Assembly (NCBI GenBank): GCA_976226885.1
Contig: OZ320313.1
Span: 100,130,001-100,194,000 of the forward strand
DNA from: Iphione sp. A-MEVVRFRX5
Lineage: Eukaryota
Direction: 5' to 3'
DNA length: 64,000 bases
The translations under genes and the position numbers were made by a program. The number at the start of each line of letters is the position of its first letter. Within the stretch, counting starts at the first letter, position 1. Shown here in pieces: positions 52,201 through 63,393 of this stretch. The notes below the pieces were generated by a model, which did no database searches, had not been told where the DNA came from, and was given only the letters and a program-made list of their open reading frames with translations.

Positions 52201-52786
52201 GTTCCGTTTGATATATATGTACAAGCATTTTAAAGTCCAAAAGTACACAGAAAACGAAAGTCCTCGATGGAGAAATGCTTGCCTCTCTCTGCCCTGTCGA
52301 GTGATTACTCTCCCCATCTACCCGTTCCTGCTCCTCACTGGCTCAGAGACCCACCTAGGGCAGTCAGTAGAGGCAAGTGGCAGCTCAGCACTGGCTCCAG
52401 AGATCACAGGACCTGCTCTCTACTGGGTGTTTTGTATGCTGCATAAAGTAGAGTTCAGACTACATAAACTCTACCAGTGGTCTGACTTCCACTGACCAGA
52501 ACATTTAGCAATATCTGAATCGCCGAATTTGCAGTGACAAAGTTTTAAATAATAATGTTTGTCTTCCAGCAGCTAGCTGAGATATGCTGTGTTGACAAAA
52601 AAAATACAAATATAGAAGGAGGACAAGATAACAAACTCAATAACCGGTGGACGTACTCCTATAGGGCCTCGTGTGAACCGACCAATCTGGTCACACAGTA
52701 GACCACTGCATCTAGAGGGGGGAGCCGAGCGTCTGATGCCTTAACTTCACTAAAACAGAGAACGTTGGCGCAGCGTCGGAGAGGGG

Positions 52787-52978
52787 TCAGTCTATGTGGC
52801 CGGCATCCTTGATGTTGACGTATCGGGCGGCGATGCAGGCGGCGACGATGGTTGACAGACTGACCACGAAGGCAAAGATGTAGAAGGTCTCCTCGTCAAA
52901 GAGATCGGTGAACTTCGGCAGCATGCCGGAGATGCGAGTCACGATCTGGTGTTCGGCGGAGCCCTTCGGGAGAACCAT
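52787..52978 (-). CDS. 63-aa single-pass membrane microprotein, uncharacterised
   Basis: MVLPKGSAEHQIVTRISGMLPKFTDLFDEETFYIFAFVVSLSTIVAACIAARYVNIKDAGHID. Kozak gccATGG; 52 of 63 codons end in G/C within AT-rich flanks; one ~20-aa hydrophobic helix followed by R/K. Confidence 0.8.
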   Translation of the reverse strand: MVLPKGSAEHQIVTRISGMLPKFTDLFDEETFYIFAFVVSLSTIVAACIAARYVNIKDAGHID

Positions 52979-54835
52979 GGCTGACGATAGCGGGGGTCCC
53001 TTAACTTACAGATGTACAAAGCGCCGTCGTTCCAATGAATGAAGTAGCAGGGATTCGCCACACAGTCAATGCCAATACCCTCGGAATATGCTCTCTGTGC
53101 AGTGGGAGAGTTTTCTATGGCGATGGCTCACAACAGGTCTACAATTGAAATAACAAAATTGTGAAAAACAAAACCAACCTGTAAAAAAACAGGCTGATAA
53201 AGCAAAAGTTGCACATGAACCGAAATGGTTACAGACCGTCCTTAGGAAGATACATTGGAAACTCTCTTTAAGGACTACCATAGGCTAGTGCTGGTTCCTC
53301 ATAATAGGTGGCTGTTAGAGAAAGGCTACTTTTACTGCTAACTTTGTTCACTCTTTGCTTTGGTCTTTATAAAGAGTAGTTGTTGCAGAGAGGTGGCCAA
53401 TAAAAGAGTCTGTATTGTGCGTGATGTGCACAATTAAAACATACATCTATAAAAGGAAGGCTTGCTGTCCATTCACTGTGATCAATGCAAGGGCCGTGAG
53501 TGTACAATGAATATTAAAACAATGGCAAGGAGTGGCTACACTGCTGTCCACCCCTTCTTAACACCCCCCCCCCCCCTCAGTCCTCTCCGTACGTCACCAC
53601 ATAAGCGGAAAAAGCTATTACTTGAAACATGGAGAGCCCACTGTGGCAAATGTACATTTTCCCCTGAAAATATCCAAAATTTGTGACAAAAATGTTTTGC
53701 GCGCCAATGTTTGAAATTTGCTGCAAATCTATGTTTTTTGGCCCAGTACGGTGTAAAAGTTGTGGCAAATGTGTTGTTTTGGTGCAAATGATGTGTAAAT
53801 TAGATAATTTTCGACAAGATCTATCATAAGCTAGGTGGTCTCCCTTCACATAGCCCCTCACAGCAGGGGGTTGATAAGTAGCTCTGACACTCTTGTAATT
53901 TTATTGCAGCCACCTCTCACCTAGTGGCATCCAGTAGGGTGGCGGACTAGCTGGGACGTAGGGGGAACACTCGTCTCGTCAGCACAGAGATCACAAAGCC
54001 TCTTCTCTAGTCTAATTAGATGGAGGTGTCGTAGGAACCTCTCGCCGCTGCAGAAGTCACAACTGTTCTCTACTGGACTAGTATTTTGAACACTGCCTTT
54101 AGTGGAGTACAGGCTTCCCTTTGACTGATCAACTGATAATGGATCCCTGTACTCTCCAGACTAAAGACATGTCACATGTGTCACACTTGTCCCATGCAGT
54201 GGAGGTCAGTAGACAGTGTCAGCTTTGAACTGACTTTCACTGAAAATGTGTAAAATGCCTATTCATGAAATATCCATACCCGCGATAAAGAGCGGTCACA
54301 ATAGATCTAAAGAGATTAGAAGGCACTGGGACTATAGTGAGGGTTCCCACAGTCAAAATAGGGTACCTAACGACTTGCATCAAAACTTTGTGGATATACT
54401 GACTCATCCCCATGATACATCAACGTTGACTTATTTCGCCCAACCCCAAGTTATTTAACCCAGGGTCAGATGCTCATAAGACCTTTAATATTTATGCAAG
54501 TAAAAGAGACAGAGAAAATGAAATCCCTAGTTAACAATAATATGGTCACGTGGTGACAACATAATAATTATTTAAATAGTTAGATCAAATTTACAGTGGG
54601 TGGAATTGATTTTAACATGGGCGGAATCGTCCGGGTGAAATACGCTACGGGTGAAATCGACTATCTACTGAAACGTCCTCGACCACCTTCCTCCTAAGCA
54701 CAGTCCGAATCAAAGTATTATTAAATTCCTCTATCGCCAAAGTCGATTTCACATAACTGGAATTTCATCTAAATAATGTCCCTCCCTTTTTATAATGATA
54801 TCCAGGTCCATATACAATCGAACGTACCCATTACC

Positions 54836-55719
54836 GGTAACCGACTGTATATCGAATCCCATTATATCAATTGACCATATGATTGAAAGGACGTTTATCG
54901 AAAGACTATCGAAAATTTATATTGAAAAGTGTGTGGAGGAGTTGATGTGACATTAGGTAGATATCAGTGAGGTTATCACTGAAGAAGCAGCCAGTAGAGA
55001 GAGAGGTAGAGAGAGGAGAAAGGTAGAGAGAAGTATAGAGAGGTAGGGAGAGAGAGTGTGAGAGAGGGAGGGAGGGAGGGAAGGAGGATGGGAGGAACAG
55101 ACAGGTAGAAAGAGAGACAGGTACAGGGAGAGACAGTGGAGGAAAGAAAGATACAGATAAAGACAGAGACAGAGGAGAGAAAGGGTAGGAGGGAAAGAGA
55201 GATAGAGCATAGAGGATATAGAAAGAAGTAGGGAGAATGGAACAGAGAGGAAGATAAAGAGAAATCCAAGGAGAGATAGAGGGAGAGACAGACAGGTAGA
55301 GGGTGAGAAAGAGGAAAGAGAGAGGTCAAGGGAGGAGTAAAACAGAGATAGAGGAGAGAGAAGGAAGGAGGAGATGAGAGGCAGAGAGATAGAGTAGAGA
55401 AGAGAATAGAGCTCAAGAAAGGGAGGAAGAGAGGGAAGGGAAGGCAGAGACATAGAAGTAGAGGGAGGGAGAGAGAGGGAAGAAAGAGACAGGACGAGAG
55501 AGAGATAGGAGGAGGAGAGAATGAGAGAGAAAGAGACTGGTAGAAAGAGAAAGAGATAGGATGGAGGTAAGGAGAGACAGAAATAAGGGGAATAGGGGGG
55601 GCAATTCGATATAGTGGGATTCGATATAAGGTCGTTTGATGGAATGTCCTATCGATAAAAAGTCTGTTCGATCAAATGGTCATTCGATATAATGGGATTC
55701 GATAAAAGGTCATGCACCC
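54836..55719. mobile_element. Foldback-type non-autonomous element: ~80-bp inverted arms around a ~600-bp GA-rich core
   Basis: Left atcgaatcccattatatcaattgaccat, right atggtcattcgatataatgggattcgat; purine-rich tract at ~54994-55610. Confidence 0.75.
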
Positions 55720-55728
55720 CCAATTATG

Positions 55729-56280
55729 TACACCCTCTGTTCTTCTCCAAATCGTCCACATTTCAGACGTGGCTAGATTATGAATCTATTAGTAGGATAT
55801 GAAAGTCCTAAAAGTACTGAATTTGATGAATAAAAGTCCTAAAAGTACTGTCTCTCTGCAGCACCAAATTGGCGCCACAACACCTTCTTCACAGGGGTTA
55901 TTCATGTCTACCTTTCAAAATGACTTCTGAGGCCTCTCTGAGCCCCAGGTTCGTAAGACAACACCTCGTTCACGGAGGTTATTTATGTCTACCTTTGTAG
56001 AATGACTTCAAAGTCTCTCCGCAAGCCTAAATTTGCACGACAACACCTCGCCTACAGGGGTTATTCATATCTACCTTTGAAAATATCTTCTGAGGCCTCT
56101 CTGCCGCCCCAAATTCGTGCGACAACATTGTCCATAGGAGGACGCTCTGTAAAATTAGCTGTCCTTATTGTACACATCTTGGTATAATGGTTAACTATAG
56201 GAAACAATTCAGTTCTTTCTCAAATCGTCTACATTGACGCATCCACTTTGTAGACGTGTCTGCGAAGGGACGTCCAACTG
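55729..56280. mobile_element. MITE related to 43848, carrying the 31-bp unit plus an 82-bp repeat (x3)
   Basis: Right end ggaaacaattcagttctttctcaaatcgtctacatt...actgta matches 44500-44586. 31-bp unit at 55814 and 55845; 82-bp unit at 55877, 55958, 56040, 56122. Confidence 0.65.
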
Positions 56281-56439
56281 TATGGGGGACAGTCCATACA
56301 GGGTCCAAACAAGGAGCAAGACTCCTTATCAGTTATTTTTAAAAGAGCAGACCTAGGAGTAAGCACCCCGAGGGGGTATACATATATGGACCCTCCTAGA
56401 CAGGGCTCTGGCATTCATCGATCATCTGCTGATCTTTCA

Positions 56440-57400
56440 AGATATTGTGTGCAGCCTTTGTTTTATACCATGATGGCATCTTCCAACATTGAAGTTAAAG
56501 CAAAATCTGACGATATGCGGTCTGGGTTCTGAAGTAACATTCAACCCAAGCCTTCAGTGTAGTCAAGGCTGCCCTACGGGAGCAGAATCTGAGGATCCAG
56601 CAATCTAGAGTTGGTCCTCAAGGAGGGGGGCATCAGCAGGGAGTGCCAGGTGGTGGAGATCTTGCATCTAATACAGTTTGCTGCCATTCCCCTCCTCAAT
56701 AACGTGATAGACCATAATCAAAACCATCCAAAGGATGGGGAGATTGTGGATACAAGCATGATGACAGTACTTCACCTCTTAGGTAAGGTGGCGTTCATGG
56801 CCAACCACCAGAGGCAGGACATCATCCACCTTAGGCTGCCCCAGGCCTACAGGAGACTGCGCCAGACCAGACCGTAGGAGGACTGGGAACTGCTGCTGGG
56901 CGAGAATATTCTGGACAGGGTGAAGGAGTGTTCTAGGGCCAACAAGCTGGAACAGGCCCTGACTGCAAGGGATGGGAGACTCATGTCAGTACCTGCTCAA
57001 CTCAGGTCTTCATTGAAGCCATGTCACCACAGCCAGGTCCACAGTGGAGGCCATGGAGGGCACCAAGGCAGCAAGAACAAGAGATAGCCCCAGAAGCCAT
57101 TAAACAGAACAAGATGCTGGTGACGTGTAGCACTTTGTCCAAGTACACCCTGAAGGCGTGTGGTTTGGACACCAGCCGGTTCTCCACACAGCACGTGACC
57201 TACCTCTATGAGCAACGTACTCAAGATGGGCCTCCTGCTGGACACTATCCTACAATGGGAGGTTGGTCAGAGGCTTCAACCTCCATGAGGTGTGACTGGC
57301 AGAGGACTTAAACCACACAATCCTGCAGAGTGTTACCTCGACTTAGCCCTGAGGCTTGCCACAGACTATACAGTACCCTGAGTAGTTAGCATTATGGTCT
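56440..57400 (+). mobile_element. DIRS1-like retroelement relic: gag joined directly to the tyrosine-recombinase C-terminus
   Basis: gag-like LIQFAAIPLL..LHLLGKVAFMANHQRQDII..AYRRL..LLGENILDRVKECSRANKL (56611-56960), then YR-like LKACGLDTSRFSTQH..MGGWSEAST (~57150-57285; compare L..AGIDTS.F..HSTR..GWS..ST). Confidence 0.72.
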
Positions 57401-57593
57401 TTGGTGTTTGCGTTAATATGGGGCTCTTTTGTTTACTTCAGAAATACAGTTACCAATGGTCTTGTTCAGGTCAACTCAGGACTTGTGTTCCCTTTATTAG
57501 AAGGAATTGGACACTATCCTTTTCTCTCCTTGCCTTTGGGCTACACCAGGCCTTGCGACCCTTGATCAGAGTCAAGCAAGTGTACATGTGTCA

Positions 57594-58204
57594 GTAGGCT
57601 GACTGTATTATATCGAATCCCACAATATCAGAGGGACAGTTTATTGATAGGGCTTTTTTTCTCAAAAGACTTTTTAGCAAAAATCTTTATCAAAAACCTT
57701 TTGAGTTAGTCACTTCCGACACTCAGCCACTTACCATTCGTTGCTCAAACAACAGGTAACACCTAGGTAGATGGTAGGGTGTCCATACACCAGCGAGAGG
57801 GAGGGAGGGAGGGAGGAAGGGAGAGAGGGAGGGAGGGAGGGAGGGAGATACAGTGGGCGAAAAGGAAGAGGGAAGGAGAGACAAAGAGGAGTGATAGAGT
57901 GAAAAGAGAGGCAGGGAGAGATAGACAATTGAGAGAGAGAGAGAGGGAGTGAGAGATAGGAAAAGGGACAGATAGAGAGGGCAGGAAGAGGGATAGAGAG
58001 AGACAGAGAAGGAGGGGAGTTGAGAGATGGGGGCGGAAATAGGGAGGTAGTAGGAGGGAGAGGGAGAGACAGAGTGAGTGAGAGAGAAGGAAGAGGTTTG
58101 GATGACAAGTCGTTCGATAAAAGGTTGTTAGATAATATGTCCTGTCTACAAAAGGTCTCTTCTGTAATAAGTCCAGTTGATAAAGTGGGATCTCATAACA
58201 CCCC
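57594..58204. mobile_element. Second, more diverged foldback element with a GA-rich core
   Basis: Left atcgaatcccacaatatc, right gataaagtgggatctcataacacccc; GA tract at ~57793-58095. Confidence 0.6.
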
Positions 58205-58249
58205 AGGTGTCAGGATTCAAGGGTAACACACATTTACATCGGTAAATGA

Positions 58250-58955
58250 TATGAGGGTCTAATAAAAGCTATCTATAAATCTGGCTATCCAAAATCCGCA
58301 GAAAATTACAGGGGTATCATGCTCTGTAGCAACCTTGCCAAAGCTCCAAGTTCAGTCCTAAACAACAGATTAACATCATTTGTGGAGCCTAATAACATCA
58401 GGGCAAAGGAACAGATAGGATTCAAAAAGGCCTCCAATCCAGCAGACTACATCTTTGTTCTAAAGACAATCATTGACTCTTACATTAGGTAAAAAAAAAA
58501 AAAACTTACATGCATGCTTTATTGACTTGAGCCTTTGGCAGAGTCTGGTGGCCGGGTCTGTTCCTTAAACTAGTAAACTATAGAGTCAGAGGCACCTTTT
58601 ACCAGTTCATAAGAAGCATGTACCATAAGGTCTATAGCAGAGTATGAATGGAGGCAGGAATAACACTGCCATTTATGTTCAACCAAGGCATCAGGCAGGG
58701 TGAGATCCCCCCACTATTGTTCACTCTGTTCATCAATGACCTGCCAGAATACCTGGCAGAGGGGGAGACCTTTCCAGCCAAACTACTAACCAACATTAAC
58801 TGCCTAATTTATGCAGATGACATTGCAGTCCTCTCTAAATCCAGACAGGGCCTCCAGAACTCCCACAAAAACCTCCACGCCTACTGCACAAAATGGAGGC
58901 TTGAGGTTCATATGTCCAAAAATAAGGTAATGATATTCAATAGACCTTAACAATC
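58250..58955 (+). mobile_element. LINE (RTE-X/L2-like) RT core, 5' part of a split element
   Basis: IYKSG..ENYRGI, EQIGFKK, ACFIDL, GIRQGEIPPLLFTLFINDL, CLIYADDIAVLS..GLQ..WRL..KVMIFN. Confidence 0.9.
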
Positions 58956-59024
58956 TAATTGAGTTATAATGGTATGTATGTTGAGGTTGTACAGAGTTAC
59001 AACAAGTAACAGATGCAGAGATCA

Positions 59025-59580
59025 TGTTCTCACTCATGTTTTCACTCATACTCCTTCTCATGTTCATGAAGAGAGCATAAGTATGAATGAGAACATGAAT
59101 GTGAGTGAGAATATATAACAGAGTAAGGATGTGAGAGTGTGAGTGTTAGTGAGAACATAACTTAGAATAAGAATTAGAACACGCATCCTCTTTTATATGT
59201 TCTCACTCATATTCATGCTCTTATTGACACTCATACTCTCTTCATGTTCTCGTTGACACTTATGGTCTCATTCATACTCTCACTCATGTTCTCACTGATA
59301 GTCATGTTTTCACTCATATTCTCACTCATACTCATACTCATATTCATGCTCTCATTAACACTTGTGCTCTCTTCATGTTCTCATTGAAACTTATGGTCTC
59401 ATTTATACTCTCACTCATGTTTTCACTGATAGTCATGTTCTCACTCTTGTTCTCACTCATACTCATGTTCATGATGAAAGCATGAGTGTGAATGAGAGCA
59501 TGAATGTGAGTGAGAATATATATGAGTATGTGTGAGTATGAGTGTAAGTGAGAACATATTGGAGAATATGAGCATAGAGT
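59025..59580. repeat. Hexamer-based (CTCATR / YATGAG) satellite that switches orientation repeatedly
   Basis: CTCAT blocks at 59030-59065 and 59195-59470 alternate with ATGAG blocks at 59070-59150 and 59475-59575; ~132-bp internal duplication. Confidence 0.85.
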
Positions 59581-59939
59581 GATCCAGTCCAGAGGTGGGA
59601 AAAGAGAAACACTGTGATAGAAGCAGATCAGCATGTCCCAGTTCAGAGGAGGGCATAGACAAAAACTGAAATTACTGAGAAACTATTGTACAGTAGAGTC
59701 TCTATTTATGACCAACACTTGGGACCAAGCTCAACTGGTTGTAATGGGGAATTTGGTCGTAAAGGGTCGTTTAGGGTGACCCAATCTAAGGATAGGTAAA
59801 GAGAAAAACTATGGTAACTTGGAAACTATTGTACATAGAAGGATGGGACTTTGACCAAAATGCTCTGGAGGAAGAGGAGGAGGAGGAGGGGGAGAAGGAG
59901 GAGGAGGAGTACCGGTGGCTGGGGACCAGCGGTGGCAGG

Positions 59940-60790
59940 CCAGGGACCTCTTGGGCGTTCTCGCTGGCTGCAGCCTGCTTCACGGTCCCCATCTTGTTCC
60001 CTCCCACTCTAGCATCCTCTCCTTGGGCATTCGCGCTTGATGCAGCCTGCTTTACGGTCCCCATCCGGTTCCCTGCCACTATGACATCCTCTCCTTGGGC
60101 ATTCCCACTGGCTGCAATGTGCTTCAGACTCCCACCTGGTTCCCTCCTGCTCTAGCGTCCTCGTCTCAGGCATTCCCACTCATGCTCAGGGTGATTGACA
60201 CCAACCACCTGGTTCCCTCCCGCTCTAGCATCCTCCTCTTGGGCATTCACGCTGGCTGCTGCTTGAGTGACATGCCCACCCAGTTCCCTCCCATGCTAGC
60301 CTCCCCCCCTCAGTGGTTCATGGTTCTGGCTGCATGAGTGACGTGCCCACCCAGTTCCCTCCCACTCTAACCCCCTCCCCATGGTCGGCCATGCTGGTGG
60401 CAGCCTACTTGACACTCCCACCCTATTCCCTCCCACTCTGGCCTCCATCCTGCGGTAGTTTGCGCTGGCTGCAGGCTCCTTCATGTTCCCACCAGGTTCC
60501 TTACTGCTCTGGCCTCCTCCCCTCGGTCGTTTGCACTGGCTGCTGCAAGAGTGATGTGCCCACCCGATTCCCTCCCACTGTGGCCTCCCCCCCCACGTTC
60601 GTTCACAGTTCTGGCTGCATGAGTGACGTGCCCACCCAGTTCTCTCCAGCTCTGGGGGGAGGGGGGGGGGCTTGTGCACCATAATATAAGACTGACTCCC
60701 ACCTGGTTCCCTCCAGCTCTGGGGGGAGGGGGGCTTGTGCAACATGATATAAATTGAGGATAAGTAGTACTTGGAGGCCCAGCCTCCATG
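59940..60790. repeat. Degenerate GC-rich tandem repeat with ~72-bp period, decaying to the right
   Basis: Unit starts at 59970, 60042 and 60114; core cccacc(c/t)(a/g)gttccctcccac recurs about 11 times. Related motif at ~49635-49660. Confidence 0.8.
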
Positions 60791-60839
60791 CCGGTGCATA
60801 GGCTCCTCCCCCTTTTTCAGGGAAACCGGGCTGCAATAA

Positions 60840-62060
60840 TGGAGGTCATCCTATCTGCTAACCTCACACTCAATGCAGATATGACCTCCATTAATTATCT
60901 AGGGCTCAAAATTACAAGCTCAGACTCCTTAGCAAGGGTACTAGATAACCTCAAAACAAAGTTTCTAAAGGCGACATTCAAGCTGAAATTGTTGGTAGGC
61001 AGAGAGTTGTCTCCCCAAATTGCTGTATCCCTGTTCAGCTCCCTTATAAAACTGGTTGCCCTATATCGCAGTGAAATATGGGGGCCCACAATTGCTGCAG
61101 ACAACCTCAGGAGTCTTTAGAAACATGGACAATATCCCACCCAAGAAAACTTTATTAAGCTATCTGAGGGTTTGCTCTGGGTGTCAACAAGAAAACCACA
61201 ACAGCAGCAGTGAGAGGAGAACTAAGAATACACCCATTGGGCAGTGATGTAATAAAGAATGTCCTAAATTTCACACAGTACCTTAAGAAATAGAGCAAAG
61301 ACTCACTACTGGGACAGGCAAGTGCCCAATCAAAGTTGTTGGGAAACTAAAAAGCAGGCTCTTGGTGGGAGAAGGCCTCATATCTAAAACAAGTACTAAA
61401 CTGCAGGGACCACTCACCCCCCAAAAAATAAAATTAAGGAATTGAAGCATAGGTTCAAAGAACATTAGCGCCACACCCTATCTAGGCCCAATGCAAACAA
61501 ACTAAGCACCTGCGCCTCTTTCAAAACAGACCTATAATTTGAAAACAACCTTAAAGATATTAAGAAATTTTTACATCATCAAGCACTAACTCAACTTAGG
61601 TCTAGGAGCCATAGCCTCTATATTGAAATGGGGAGTTACAAAAGACCCCCTCTAGACCCCCAGGACAGGTTCTATGAGATTTGCAGCTCTAGAATGGTAG
61701 AGGATGAGGTCCATTTCTTAACATTCTGGCCAGCTTATAAGGAAAGAGACTAAATGTACTCTGTAATAGGACTGGAAACCCTGAACCTGGCCTCCCTGAG
61801 TAACCGAGGTAAATTCACATTCATGTTTTGTATTTTTGCTTTTGTCATTTGACCCTGTGCTGTCCCATTTGACTTATCTATGTATTGCCAACTTTGTCCT
61901 TTGTGTATGCCATTATACTGTGTTTGTTCTGTTTTGTTATGTGTGTATACTAAGGGGTTCGAGGTAGCACCTCCTCCCATGAATTCACATTCCATCCAAG
62001 GATTCTGTCCATGTATGCTTTAACCCCTAGTGGGTGTTTAATGCAATAAAGTATTTCTTC
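60840..62060 (+). mobile_element. 3' part of the same RTE-X/L2-like LINE
   Basis: INYLGLKITSS..LALYRSEIWG, VNKKTTTAAVRGEL..HPL, and ALTQLRSRSHSLYIEMGSYKRP..VEDEVHFL (C-terminal zinc-knuckle-like region); AATAAA near 62045. Confidence 0.85.
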
Positions 62061-62241
62061 TTTTTCACAAATCATCGTTTAAATGATGACACTGATCGTA
62101 TGATTAATTTATTAGTTAAACAATTTTAAAACATTTTACTGTAATTAATCTGGTGAACACATTACATCACATTAAGGGTCCTCCCTGGGAAGACCAAGGC
62201 CACATATCATAGGCCCAGACCTGCCCCATTGACATGGTCGC

Positions 62242-63393
62242 AGTAGTTACAAATGTTATAGGTGGCATTACTGTGGTCACCTGGCAACCACCTTGGAGGT
62301 ACAAACAACCCCTAGCAACAATACATAGCAGTTTAGTTTCAAAGGCTAGATATCATTGAATATTTTGTCTAAAAATCTATTTAATACACAGAATTATAGA
62401 ACCATGTGCTAACTATGAATTCCCATTTGCATTAGTATGTAAAAATAATATTTCATATTGTACTGATGAGTTTTTTAAGCTAGCTTGAGGATAGCAATTA
62501 CCCTATTATCACTCACTTTGTAAATCTCACACAAAACATAAATAAACCATTCTATGGTAATAATTAATCCTGGGAAATAACTTAGATATAGACAGAAAGA
62601 CAGCAGTATGCCTATTAAAGAAAGACAATTGCAACTTTTAGAGTTACTAAGGTTTAGACAAGTTGTTTGTACCTCCCACATGTAAAAAATACGACTGGAA
62701 GTGGCCGAGGCGACTCCTAGAATGACCCTGACTTGTTGTCTTGTATCCCAGCACCAAACCTTACAAACAATGGCTAGATTGCATACAGCTCATACCTTGC
62801 TAGGAGCAAAGCACTATAGCAGCCTACCCCCGCCATTTTGTATGACGTCACAATGACGTAGACAATAACAATAGCCTTCCTACTTGATTACATATCTATT
62901 TAATGAAATAATGCTATCGAGACAGTCACAGTGGTTACAAATTTTATAGAGGGCGCTGCTGTGCTCACCTGGCAACCATCTTGGGAGTGCAAACACCCCT
63001 CAGCAACAATACATATCAGTTTAGTTTCAAAGGCTAGAGCTCATTAGATATACTGACTAAAAATTTGTTAGTTCACCGAATAATAGAAGAATATGTTGAT
63101 TATAAATATACATTTGCATTAGTATGTAAAATAAATATTTCATGTAGTACTGAGGAGTTTTTTAAGCAGGCTTAAGGATAGCAAACTACCCTATTATCAC
63201 TCACTTTGTAAAACCTCTAACAAAACATAAGTAATCTATCCTATGATCAAAATTACTCATGGGGAATAACTTTGATATACACAGAAAGCACAATACCATG
63301 TGTATTTAGAGAAGACAATTCCATATTTTTCTGTTACCAAGGTTTTGACAAGTTGTTGCACATCCAACATGTAAAAAATACAACCGGAAGTGG
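62242..63393. repeat. Diverged ~464-bp direct repeat (62242-62704 and 62930-63393), probably inside a DNA transposon beginning near 62172
   Basis: Collinear blocks such as cacctggcaacc, cagtttagtttcaaaggctaga, ctaccctattatcactcactttgtaaa and catgtaaaaaatac..ggaagtgg. ggccacatatc (~62198) is inverted near 63672 and 63982. Confidence 0.85.

Noticed and set aside
52981-53009. 29-nt GT-AG intron just upstream of the microprotein ATG
   Set aside because: Too short for a typical metazoan intron and lacks a pyrimidine tract; more likely 5' UTR.
54953-55604. Long Ser/Leu-rich minus-strand ORFs (also 57731-58108 and 5339-5715)
   Set aside because: Translations of GA/CT simple repeats.
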